From positions 56,107 through 120,106 of the forward strand of contig OY762633.1 in the NCBI GenBank assembly GCA_963666125.1: DNA of 64,000 nt, in the 5' to 3' direction. This stretch comes from Dehalococcoidia bacterium. Lineage in GTDB: Bacteria; Chloroflexota; Dehalococcoidia; Lucifugimonadales; CAJWER01. Both the position numbers and the translations under genes were made by a program. Position 1 is the stretch's first letter. The number at the start of each line of letters is the position of its first letter. Positions 9,316 through 19,500 of this stretch are shown here, piece by piece. Below the pieces are notes generated by a model that saw nothing but the letters and a program-made list of their open reading frames with translations, ran no database searches and had not been told where the DNA came from.

Positions 9316-10413
9316 ATGCACCGGCCTTCGAACATCCCGAGCTGGGTCACGTTCCCCGACGACGACTGGGTGGAGATCTCCCCCGAGGAGGCCGGACTCG
9401 ACCCCGGAGGGTTCCAGAGGTTCCTGGACGGGCTGGACGTACGTGAGGCGGCCTTTGGCGGCGAGGACCACAGCAACGGCAGGTGGGGTGCCGTCCTGAC
9501 TCGCGGCGGCTATCTGCTCCAGTCCTGGGGCGACCGTCACTACAGGGCGCAGACCGCATCGGTCGGCAAGGCGTTCGCGTGGGCCGCCTTCGGGTTCGCG
9601 GTGGAGGACGGGCTCGTCCACCCGGGCGCGCCGATCCACGAGACCTGGACAGGCGAGGGCGAGCTGTCTCACCCCCACAAGCTGATGAACGCGGGCCACC
9701 ACCGGAAGCTGACCTGGCGCCACCTGCTGGGCTCCCGTGAGAAGAGCGAGCACTACGGCGGATTCCCCATCGAGCTCGGCATACGATGGAGCGAGAAGCG
9801 CCACGGGCTCGAGGAGGCCGACGCGGTGCCGGGCATTCCCGAATGGGCCAGGTGGACCGGCGACCCCTTCTACGACTGCTACTCCCATGTCGAGCCGGGC
9901 ACTCAGGCCATCTACAGCAGCGCCGGCTACTGGCGGCTGGGACAGGCCCTCACTGCACTGTGGGGCCGCGACCTGAAGGACCTGCTCGACGAGCGGCTAT
10001 TCGGCAGGATTGGCGTCCCGGCCAACCGCTGGCAGTGGCCCGCGGGCGGCTGGATCAAGGACCAGAAGTACCTCTATCCCACCATCCCCGACGCCTACAC
10101 GTACCTCGACCCGCCGTACGATATGGGCGGCCACGCCGTCCGCAGCGCCCCCGGCTGGGTCATAATGAGCGCTTCCGACCTGGCCCGCTTCGGCCACCTC
10201 GTCGCCACGGGCGGCATCTGGAAGGGCGAGCGGGTCCTGGGAGCCGAGTGGCTGCGCGGTCACAGCGGCGGCAACAAGAGCGGCACGAGCGGCGAGGGCA
10301 GACACTACACGGCCATGGGCGTAGTCACGACCCTCGGCCTCGACCATTTGCACTCCACGGCGACCGAGAGCTTCATCCCTCAACACCTGTTCACAGGCAC
10401 CCCGCGCCAGTAG
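9316..10413 (+). CDS. Serine hydrolase (beta-lactamase-fold) family protein
   Basis: SxxK motif (TASVGKAF) near the N-terminus. The start is chosen at the ATG at 9316, because the longer track ORF begins inside proV. Confidence 0.55.
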   Translation: MHRPSNIPSWVTFPDDDWVEISPEEAGLDPGGFQRFLDGLDVREAAFGGEDHSNGRWGAVLTRGGYLLQSWGDRHYRAQTASVGKAFAWAAFGFAVEDGLVHPGAPIHETWTGEGELSHPHKLMNAGHHRKLTWRHLLGSREKSEHYGGFPIELGIRWSEKRHGLEEADAVPGIPEWARWTGDPFYDCYSHVEPGTQAIYSSAGYWRLGQALTALWGRDLKDLLDERLFGRIGVPANRWQWPAGGWIKDQKYLYPTIPDAYTYLDPPYDMGGHAVRSAPGWVIMSASDLARFGHLVATGGIWKGERVLGAEWLRGHSGGNKSGTSGEGRHYTAMGVVTTLGLDHLHSTATESFIPQHLFTGTPRQ

Positions 10414-10477
10414 GCGGGGCCGTTTCTGCTACAATCAGGGTTTCGTCCATCCTCACAGCCGGGTGGCAGGCTCGAAG

Positions 10478-12313
10478 ATGACGCAGTGGATCGAGACTCT
10501 ACGCAGTGTGTGGGCGCTTGCCGTCTTCGCTTACCGCACCTTCATTGCGCCATGGCCGCCGTTCACCATCTTCATGGCGGCCTCCGCCATCGTCGCGGCA
10601 GTTACGCCGACCGTGATCGTCCGGGCTACGAGCGGACTGATCGACGCGATCACCAGGGCCGTAGGGCCAAGCCCTGGTGAGGCGCCTGTCGGTGAGCTCC
10701 TGGGGCCGGTGCTTCCCTGGCTGGCTCTCCTGCTGGCGGCTCGGGCGGCTGAGGGTCTGCTCCAGCTCGACCCTCTCCACCGGTTCCTGGGGCAGAGGCT
10801 TGGACTGCGCAGCATGGCGAGGCTCGAAGACATCCTGTACGAGAAGGCCATGAGCCTCAGGCTGGAGTGGTTCGAGTACCCGCGCTACTACGACGGCCTG
10901 CAGCGCGTCATGGAGCCCAGGGGGCCGATGAACGAGATGGAGCAGAGCTGGCAGCTGCTGCAGGCGCAGAATGTGCTCGTCACCGTGTTCCAGGCGGCGG
11001 GCATACTTGTCGCCCTCTCGGCTGTCCACTGGAGCGTCCCGCTGGCCATGCTGACGGTTAGCGCGCTCCTGCTTCTGTCTCACGGGATACAGGTCAAGCG
11101 GTACGTGAACGTGAACCGGTCGCAGACGACGGCGCGCAGGCGACAGGAGTACTGGCGCAAGCTGCTGACGGAGCGCAGCCCCGCTCCCGAAGTGCGGCTG
11201 TTCGGACTGGCGAACCACCTCATTGGCTCGTGGCGCAGCACGACGGACGCGATGCTGAGGGAGAAGACGGCCCTGCGCGTGAAGAACCTGTCCCTCATCA
11301 TTCCGGCCTCGCTGGCAACCGTCGCCCTGTTCGGGATAGTGCTGTTCTCGCTCGTCTGGGCGGCGAACGCGGGAGCCGTGACGGCCGGCGCGGTCGTCGC
11401 ATACGTATACATCACCTGGACATACATAGGCAGGGTCTCGGACCTCCATTGGCGAATCCGCTCGCTCCAGGAGTTCGCAGTCAAGCTGTCGTACCTTCCA
11501 GAGTTCCTGGCGCTGGGACAAACCGATCGACAGGGAGGCGAGCCTGCGCCAGCCATCCTCCGGGAGGGAGTTGCGCTCCGTGACGTATCCTTCACTTATC
11601 CCGGTGGAACCGCGCCAGTCCTGTCGCACATCGACCTGGAGATACGCCCCGGCGAGACGGTGGCGCTCGTCGGCGAGAACGGCGCAGGCAAGACGACCCT
11701 CACCAAGATCCTGCTGGGGCTGTACCAGCCCACCGGGGGAGCTGTGACCGTAGACGGCGTCGACCTTAGCGAGATCGACCTCGCGTCGTGGAGGGACCGG
11801 GCCGGAGCCGTGTTCCAGGACTACATGACGTATGCGTTCACCGCACGAGAGAACATCGGGATGGGCCGGATTGGCGAGCTGGCCAACACTGGCGCGATAA
11901 GGGACGCCGCTGTAAGGAGCGGCGCCCACACTGCGATCGAGGCCCTGCCAAAGGGTTACGAGACGCTGCTGGGCAGGGAGTTCGAGGACGGCCGGGACCT
12001 GTCCAGGGGGCAGTGGCAGTCTCTCGCCATAGCGCGTCTATACCTGAGGGACGCCGAGTTGCTTGTGCTGGACGAGCCCACGTCGGCCCTCGATGCCCTG
12101 GCCGAGGTGGAGGTATATCGCCAGTTCCTCGATCTCTCGAGTGACAAGTCGGTCTTGCTCATATCCCACCGGCTGGGTTCGGCACGCCTGGCCGACAGGG
12201 TCGTGTTCCTCAGTGACGGGGAGATAGTCGAGCAGGGCACGCACGATGAGCTCGTCCAGGCAGGCGGCGCCTACTCCGAGCTGTTCGCAATGCAGGCGGA
12301 GTGGTACAGATGA
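10478..12313 (+). CDS. ABC exporter, fused permease/ATPase (MsbA/MdlB type), subunit 1
   Basis: N-terminal 6-TM domain. Walker A GENGAGKTT, signature LSRGQWQSLAIAR and Walker B LLVLDEPTS. An alternative GTG start is at 10463. Confidence 0.85.
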   Translation: MTQWIETLRSVWALAVFAYRTFIAPWPPFTIFMAASAIVAAVTPTVIVRATSGLIDAITRAVGPSPGEAPVGELLGPVLPWLALLLAARAAEGLLQLDPLHRFLGQRLGLRSMARLEDILYEKAMSLRLEWFEYPRYYDGLQRVMEPRGPMNEMEQSWQLLQAQNVLVTVFQAAGILVALSAVHWSVPLAMLTVSALLLLSHGIQVKRYVNVNRSQTTARRRQEYWRKLLTERSPAPEVRLFGLANHLIGSWRSTTDAMLREKTALRVKNLSLIIPASLATVALFGIVLFSLVWAANAGAVTAGAVVAYVYITWTYIGRVSDLHWRIRSLQEFAVKLSYLPEFLALGQTDRQGGEPAPAILREGVALRDVSFTYPGGTAPVLSHIDLEIRPGETVALVGENGAGKTTLTKILLGLYQPTGGAVTVDGVDLSEIDLASWRDRAGAVFQDYMTYAFTARENIGMGRIGELANTGAIRDAAVRSGAHTAIEALPKGYETLLGREFEDGRDLSRGQWQSLAIARLYLRDAELLVLDEPTSALDALAEVEVYRQFLDLSSDKSVLLISHRLGSARLADRVVFLSDGEIVEQGTHDELVQAGGAYSELFAMQAEWYR

Positions 12314-14181
12314 CCAGCACTCCGACCGGCGCGCCTGTCACGTCCCTGGACTCGATCATAGGGCGGTGGAAGTACCTGCCGAAGATCATCGGCCTCCTCT
12401 GGAGAGTCGCGCCCTCGGACCTGGTACTGATCGGCGTCACGTCGATGGTATCGGGCCTCGTTCCGCTGGCAGCCGTAGTAGCGCTGCGGGGGCTGGTGGA
12501 CAGCGCCGTCGACCTCATAACCGGTGAGGGCGAGCTTGCTGCCGCCCTGGTATGGGCCGGCGCCCTGCTGGCTATCTATCTGATTGAGAACGTGCTCGGT
12601 GAGGTAAGGAGCTGGCTCGCCAACGAGATTGAAGACAGGACCACGGCGAGGATCGAAGAACAGCTTCTGCGCCGCGCCGGTTCCCTTTCCCTGGCCGCTT
12701 TCGAGCGGCCCGACCTGTACGACCAGCTGCATCGGGCACGGGAGGCCCTGGATGGCCGGCTCTACTCCACCCTGAACGCACTCTACAGGTCTCCCGCGCT
12801 TCTGGTGACGGGGTTCGGCGTGCTCATATTCCTCGCTACCGCACACCCGGTGCTTCCGCTGGTGCTCCTTGCAGGGCTCCTGCCGTTCCACTACGTGACC
12901 CTTGCGCTCTTCAGGAAGGTATGGATACTGACGCGCGCGCAGACACAGTCGGAGCGGGTGCTGACATACCTGAGCGACCTGATGACCAAGAGAGAGGCGG
13001 CGGCGGAGGTGCGCCTGTTCGGGCTAGGCGACTACCTTCGTAGCAGGCGCCGGGAGCTCTCGCACCGCCTGCGCCTGGAGCGGTACAAGCTGTCCCGGGA
13101 GCACGCCGGACGAGGCTCTCTCATGAACGTGACCGACCAGGTCGCCTACGGCGCGGTGATAGGCGGCGTGTGCCTGATGATCCTGCGGGGAAGCCTCACG
13201 GTGGGCAGCTTCGCGGCCTACCTGGCGGCGGCCGAGAGGTTTCGCCAGACCATGTCGCTGTTCGGCTTCTACCTGATGACCCTCGACTCCGACTTCAGAT
13301 ACCTGGCCGACCTGATCGACTACCTGGAGATCGACGACCCGGACCTTCTGGACGCTGCGCCCCAAGGCGCCGCATCCCAAGTCGGCGCAGCGGCAGCGGT
13401 ACGGTCGTCTGCGACTTGGCATGACACGCCCGAGATCAGGTTCTCCGGTCTGTCGTTCGCCTACCCGGGCACCGACGTGATGGTCCTCGACGGGCTGGAC
13501 CTGACCATCGCGCCCGGCGAGCGGGTTGCGCTGATTGGAAGGAACGGGGCGGGCAAGTCCACGCTGGCGCGGCTGCTCCTTGGCCTGTACCGCCCGACGT
13601 CGGGAAGCATCAGCGCCGGAGGCGTCGACCTGCGCGACATGGACCCGTCGGAGTGGCGCCGTCGCGTCGCCGCCGTCTTCCAGGACTACTTCCGCTTCGA
13701 GCTGACCGCCAAGGAGAACGTCGGGTTCGGCGACCTGCCACGCATCGAGGAGCGTCCTGCAATCGAATCGGCCGCCGTCAAGAGCGGCGCGGCCGGGTTC
13801 GTGGGGGCGCTGCCGAACGGCTACGACACCATGCTCGGCAGGTCGTTCGACGATGCCGGCCAGGACATCTCGGCGGGCCAGTGGCAGCGGCTCGCCAGCG
13901 CCCGCGCATACTTCCGCGAGGCCCCGGTGCTGGTGCTGGACGAGCCGACAGCCGCGCTGGACGCAAAGGCCGAGGTGGAGGTCTACAGGAGGTTCCGCGA
14001 CATGTCCCAGGGCAAGTCGGTCTTACTGATCTCCCATCGCCTGGGCTCGGCCCGGCTCGCGGACCGCATCGTCTTCCTGGAGGGTGGCCGGATCGTCGAG
14101 CAGGGCACCCACGACGAGCTCATGGCCCTGGACGGTGCCTACGCCAGGCTCTACTCCATACAGGCCGACTGGTACCGCTGA
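12310..14181 (+). CDS. ABC exporter, fused permease/ATPase, subunit 2
   Basis: ATGA overlap with subunit 1. Walker A GRNGAGKST, signature ISAGQWQRLASAR and Walker B VLVLDEPTA. Probably forms a heterodimer with the upstream gene. Confidence 0.85.
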   Translation: MTSTPTGAPVTSLDSIIGRWKYLPKIIGLLWRVAPSDLVLIGVTSMVSGLVPLAAVVALRGLVDSAVDLITGEGELAAALVWAGALLAIYLIENVLGEVRSWLANEIEDRTTARIEEQLLRRAGSLSLAAFERPDLYDQLHRAREALDGRLYSTLNALYRSPALLVTGFGVLIFLATAHPVLPLVLLAGLLPFHYVTLALFRKVWILTRAQTQSERVLTYLSDLMTKREAAAEVRLFGLGDYLRSRRRELSHRLRLERYKLSREHAGRGSLMNVTDQVAYGAVIGGVCLMILRGSLTVGSFAAYLAAAERFRQTMSLFGFYLMTLDSDFRYLADLIDYLEIDDPDLLDAAPQGAASQVGAAAAVRSSATWHDTPEIRFSGLSFAYPGTDVMVLDGLDLTIAPGERVALIGRNGAGKSTLARLLLGLYRPTSGSISAGGVDLRDMDPSEWRRRVAAVFQDYFRFELTAKENVGFGDLPRIEERPAIESAAVKSGAAGFVGALPNGYDTMLGRSFDDAGQDISAGQWQRLASARAYFREAPVLVLDEPTAALDAKAEVEVYRRFRDMSQGKSVLLISHRLGSARLADRIVFLEGGRIVEQGTHDELMALDGAYARLYSIQADWYR

Positions 14182-14258
14182 ACGACGCCGCGTCCCATCG
14201 CCCATTTGTGATACCCGGCTTCCCGCGATAGAATCCGGCCACTCAGGGAGGTGAAGCC

Positions 14259-15935
14259 GTGGCCCCTTCTGGACAGCCGATCAACATCCGCCTGGACGTC
14301 AAGGTCCCCATGAGGGACGGCGTCCTCCTCTCCGCCGACATCTACACGCCGCCCGGGGACGGCCCCTTTCCCGTGCTCCTCGTCAGGACAATATACGACA
14401 AGCAGCAGGAGCGCTACGTCGAGTGGACCGAGCGCTTCGTCGAGGCCGGGTACGCGTGCGTGATGCAGGACTGCCGCGGGCGCAACGACTCCGACGGCGC
14501 CTGGGAGCCGTACGTACACGAGGCGGACGACGGCCACGACACAATAGAGTGGATTGGAGCACAGCCCTGGTGCGACGGCAATGTCGGCATGTACGGTATC
14601 TCCTACGTCGGCTTCACCCAGCACCAGCCCGCCACGCGTCGCAGCAGGTACCTCAAGGCCATCGCGCCCATCGCCTCCCAGCAGGACAACTTCGGCCACC
14701 AGCGCGTCGACGGCGTGCTCCAGCAGCACGTCGCCCAGTTCTTCATCAACATGGCCGGGCGGACCAACAAGCGGTCCTCCACCGCCCTGATGAGCTGGGA
14801 CGACATATACCGCCGCCTGCCGCTCGTGTCGGCGGTGGACGACATCGTCGACCTGGAGTTCTACCGCGAGGTCGTCCGCCACCATACCTTCGACGACTTC
14901 TGGAAGTCCTACTCGATGAGGGACAAGTACGGCGAGGTCGCCGTTCCCGCGTACCTGATCACCGGCTGGTACGACAACCTCGTCCACGAGACGTGCAGGC
15001 TATTCCAGGGCTGGACGTCCGGCGCCAGGACCGAGGAGGCCCGGCGGCTGACCAAGCTGCTCATCGGCCCGTGGAGCCACCGGAACATCGGCTCCGGCGA
15101 GCGCTTCGGCAGCGTCGACTTCGGCGGCAACGCCTTCGTGGACATCGTCGCCGAGCAGATCAGGTGGAACGACCGCCGCCTCAGGGGTATCGACAACGGC
15201 ATCGACGACGAGCCCAGGGTCCGCGTGTTCGTCATGGGCGCGAACCGGTGGCGCACCGGCGGCACCTGGCCCCTGGAGGACGTGGAGTACCGCGACCTCT
15301 ACCTGGGGTCCAAGCGCGGCGCAAACTCGATCTACGGCGACGGCAGGCTGGGCGACGAGCCGCCCGGAGACGAGCCGCCCGACCGGTTCACCTACGACCC
15401 CGACGACCCGGTACCCACCATCGGCGGCCAGTTCATGATGATGGAGATGGGAGGGCCCGCCGACCGCCGCCCCGCGCAGAGGCGGGATGACGTGCTGGTC
15501 TACGACTACGGGCCGCTGGAGGAGGACCTGGAGGTGGTGGGGCCCGTCACCCTGGCCCTCCATGTATCGTCGAGCGCGCCGGACACCGACTTCACCGGGA
15601 CGCTGTCGGACGTGTACCCCGACGGCAAGGCGGTGACGCTGACCGAGGGCATCGCCCGCGCCAGGTTCAGGGAGTCCATAGAGGAGCCGGTGCTGATGGA
15701 GCCGGGCGAGGTATACGAGATAACCGTGGACATGTGGGACACCGGCAACCTCTTCAGGGCGGGCCACACGATCCGCCTGGAGGTGTCCAGCAGCAACTTC
15801 CCGCGCTACGAGCGCAACCAGAACACAGGCTCGCAGCCGGGACTCGACGCCGACATGGCCGTCGCCCACCAGACCGTCTACCACGACCGGGCCCGGCCGT
15901 CCCGCCTGACCCTTCCCGTCGTGCCGGCGGGCTGA
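14259..15935 (+). CDS. CocE/NonD family hydrolase (S15 X-Pro dipeptidyl-peptidase-like)
   Basis: GTG start preceded by AGGGAGG. MQDCRGRNDSDG and the nucleophile elbow GISYVG are typical of the family. Confidence 0.8.
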   Translation: MAPSGQPINIRLDVKVPMRDGVLLSADIYTPPGDGPFPVLLVRTIYDKQQERYVEWTERFVEAGYACVMQDCRGRNDSDGAWEPYVHEADDGHDTIEWIGAQPWCDGNVGMYGISYVGFTQHQPATRRSRYLKAIAPIASQQDNFGHQRVDGVLQQHVAQFFINMAGRTNKRSSTALMSWDDIYRRLPLVSAVDDIVDLEFYREVVRHHTFDDFWKSYSMRDKYGEVAVPAYLITGWYDNLVHETCRLFQGWTSGARTEEARRLTKLLIGPWSHRNIGSGERFGSVDFGGNAFVDIVAEQIRWNDRRLRGIDNGIDDEPRVRVFVMGANRWRTGGTWPLEDVEYRDLYLGSKRGANSIYGDGRLGDEPPGDEPPDRFTYDPDDPVPTIGGQFMMMEMGGPADRRPAQRRDDVLVYDYGPLEEDLEVVGPVTLALHVSSSAPDTDFTGTLSDVYPDGKAVTLTEGIARARFRESIEEPVLMEPGEVYEITVDMWDTGNLFRAGHTIRLEVSSSNFPRYERNQNTGSQPGLDADMAVAHQTVYHDRARPSRLTLPVVPAG

Positions 15936-15943
15936 CCTCGCCC

Positions 15944-16132
15944 CTAGCGGTTCCGGCGGCGGCGAATGCGCCGAAGGCTTCGGGCCTTGTCCAGGCGGGC
16001 CTGCTCGCCCTTCGACCGGAAGAACCGGCGGTTTCTCAGTTCCCGCAGCACGCCGGACCGCTGCATCGACGACTGGAACCTCTTGAGGAGCTGCTCCCCG
16101 CCCTCACCCTCGCGCAGTGTGACGAACGCCAA
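15944..16132 (-). CDS. rpsU: 30S ribosomal protein S21
   Basis: 62 aa. LLKRFQSSMQRSGVLRELRNRRFFRSKGEQARL plus a basic tail matches S21. TTG start preceded by GGAGGG. Confidence 0.85.
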   Translation of the reverse strand: MAFVTLREGEGGEQLLKRFQSSMQRSGVLRELRNRRFFRSKGEQARLDKARSLRRIRRRRNR

Positions 16133-16267
16133 ATCTCAACCCTCCGCTAGCTGTTGCCGTCAAGTATAGCCCGAAACGCGGCCCCGGCGCCAGTGCGTGC
16201 ACCATGACCGCACAGCCTAACCGGGCCAGCCGGACGCCATTCGCCGTTGGGTCCTCCGGCGGTTCTG

Positions 16268-16471
16268 CTACTCCAGGAACCTCAATATGGCGACGGCAGC
16301 CGTGACGATGGCTCCCATCGTAGTCATGCCCAGGAGTTGAGCCCAGACGATCCGCCATGTCAGGCGCGCCTCTAGCTGGGCCAGGTCCTCCTTCGTCGCA
16401 TAGTGCTGGAGGACAAGGGCTAGCTCCTCACGTAGCTCTGACCTGGTGATTGGGTGTTCAGCGGTCATCAT
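16268..16471 (-). CDS. Hypothetical small coiled-coil protein with a C-terminal TM anchor
   Basis: Start chosen at MMTAEHP. A C-terminal hydrophobic helix is present. No confident family. Confidence 0.3.
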   Translation of the reverse strand: MMTAEHPITRSELREELALVLQHYATKEDLAQLEARLTWRIVWAQLLGMTTMGAIVTAAVAILRFLE

Positions 16472-16579
16472 AGGCTCAGGATACATGAGCCTTGCGGATT
16501 GCGTCAACGGACTTAGGAGTACAGGTTTCGCTACACGATTGACAAAGACATATGAGGGTGGTATCAATCCCGCCGGTTC

Positions 16580-19500
16580 ATGTCTTCCTGTATTCGCGCC
16601 CTGTGGTCGGCCACGTCAATCTTGCCGCTCGTGCTGGCCGCGGGTGTCCTCCTTTGGGGAGGACGTTGCCTCCTGTCCGCCCAGGCATCGGAGCCGCCTC
16701 CGGCCCCGACGCCTGACTTCTCCTTCAGGAAAGGCGACAGCCCCGCGAGCAAGCTCTACCTCTACTGGGCCGAACCCACGTCCCTGCCCGGAGGCGTATC
16801 GCCCATCACCGGCTACGATGTTCGATACAGGGAGCAGACGACGCCTGGGTCGGACTGGACGGAGCTCCTGGGTGTCACGACTACCGTCGATGGGCTGAGA
16901 CTCAAGACGCCCATCACGGGCCTGGAGTCCAACACTTGGTACGAGGCCCAGGTCCGTTCCGTGAATGCGGACGGTCACAGCGGCTGGGTGCCTGAGGCAC
17001 CCGTGCAGGCCAAGACGGCGCTCGCTCAGCTCACTGTGGCCTTCAGTGCGGCATCGTACAGCGTCGCCGAGGGAGCCTCCGTGGAGATTGCCGTGGACGT
17101 GAGTCCGGCGGCAGACCGGGACGACGACGTGACGGTGAACGTATCGGGAGATGGGGTGACCGTATCCGGGCTTGGGAACAACGGCACTCTGTCCATAACT
17201 CGCGGCAGCGATCAGGCCACGTTCACCGTTACGGGGGTTGAGGATGACGACTTGGACAATGCTACTGTCGACCTTCGGCTGGAGAAGTCGAGCAAGAGGA
17301 TTACCCTTGGTGATCCATACACGGCATCAGTCACCGTAGTAGATGGTGCGCCCACGCCTACACCGACTCCAACGCCCACGCCAACGCCAACGCCCACACC
17401 CACTCCGACGCCTACCCCAACACCCACGCCGACACCGACCCCTACGCCTACGCCAACACCCACACCCACACCCACGCCCACGCCCACTCCGACGCCCACG
17501 CCAACGCCTACCCCGACGCCCACGCCAACGTCAACACCAACGCCCACGCCCACGCCGACCCCTACGCCCACGCCAGCGCCGCCGCCGGCTCCGACACCTG
17601 ACTCCTTCAGGACGGACCCGGAAGACAGCCCCACCAGCAAGCTCTACCTCTACTGGTTCGCCCCCACGCCCCTGCCCAAAGGCGTATCGCCCATCACCGG
17701 CTACGATGTCCGGCACAGGGAGCGGACATCGCCTGAGTCGGACTGGACGGAGCACTTGGGCGTCACGACCATCGTCGATGGGCAGCGCCTCAAGGCGGCC
17801 ATCACGGGCCTGGAGTCGAACACGCCGTACGAGGCCCAGGTCCGTTCCGTGAACAAGGACGGCAGCAGCGGCTGGGTGCCTGAGAAGCCCAGGCAGGCCA
17901 AGACGGTGGCAGCCCAGCTCACGGTGTCCTTCAGTGCGGTATCGTACAGCGTCGACGAGGGGTCCTCCGTGACGATCACCGTGGCCGTGAGTCCGGCGGC
18001 GGACCGCGACGATGAGGTGGAGGTCGTAGTTTCAGGTGACGGCGTGACCGTGTCGGGACTGGATGACGACGACATGCTGAAGATCCCTCGTGGCAGTGAG
18101 AGCGTCACGTTCACCGTTACCGGAACCGAGGATGTCGATTCGACCAACGCTCTGGTCGACCTTTCCCTGAACGTGAGTGGCAAGATTACGGCTGGAGAGC
18201 CGAGGACGGCCTCCGTCACCGTGGTAGACAATACGCCGACGCCAACGCCCACGCCGACGTTTACGCCGACGCCGACACCGACACCCACGCCGACACCCAC
18301 CCCGACGCCTACACCTACGCCCACACCTACGCCCACACCGACACCAACGCCAACCCCAACCCCCACGCCGACTCCAACGCCGACACCCACACCCACGCCT
18401 ACGCCTACGCCGACACCCACCCCGACGCCTACACACACGCCCACACCGACACCCACCCCGACGCCTACACACACACCTACGCCCACACCGACACCAACGC
18501 CAACCCCAACCCCCACGCCGACTCCAACGCCGACACCCACACCCACGCCTACGCCTACGCCGACACCCACACCGACGGCCACACCTACGCCAACGCCGAC
18601 GGCCACTCCGACACCAACGCCCACACCTACACCCACGGCCACACCCACCCCGACGCCTACACCTACACCCACACCCACACCGACGCCGACACCAACGCCA
18701 ACCCCAACCCCCACGCCTACGCCAACGCCAACACCCACACCCACGCCTACGCCAACGCCAACACCCACACCTACGGCCACACCTACACCCACACCGACGT
18801 CGACAGCTACGCCCACGCCCACGCCAGCGCCGCCGCCGGCTCCGACGCCTGACTCCTTCAGGACGGACCCGGAAGACAGCCCCACCAGCAAGCTCTACCT
18901 CTATTGGCACGAGCCTATGCCCCTGCCCAAAGGCGTATCGCCCATCACCGGCTACGATGTCCGGCACAGGGAGCGGACGCCTGAGTCGGACTGGACCCAA
19001 CTCCTGGGTGTCACCACCATCGTCGATGGGCAGCGCCTGAAGGCGGCCATCACGGACCTGGCGTCGAACACACCGTACGAGGCCCAGGTGCGTTCCGTGA
19101 ACGACGTGGGCAGCAGCGCCTGGGTGCCGGAGATGCCCGTGCAGGCCAAGACGGTGGCAGCCCAGCTCACGGTGTCTTTCGGTGCGGGATCGTACAGCGT
19201 CGACGAGGGCTCGTCGGTGATGATCACTGTGCTCGTGAGTCCGGCAGCGGACCGGAACGACGACGTGACGGTGACCGTATCGGGAGATGGGGTGACCGTA
19301 TCGGGGCTCGGGGATGACGGCGCTCTGTCAATTGCCCGCGGCAGCGATCGTGCCACCTTCACCGTTACGGGAGTCGAGGATGCCGACACGGACGATGCCC
19401 GTGTCGACCTTTCCCTGAACGTGAGCGGCAAGATTACGGCTGGAGACCCGAGCACGGCCTCCGTCACCGTCGTAGACAATACACCCACACCCACACCTAC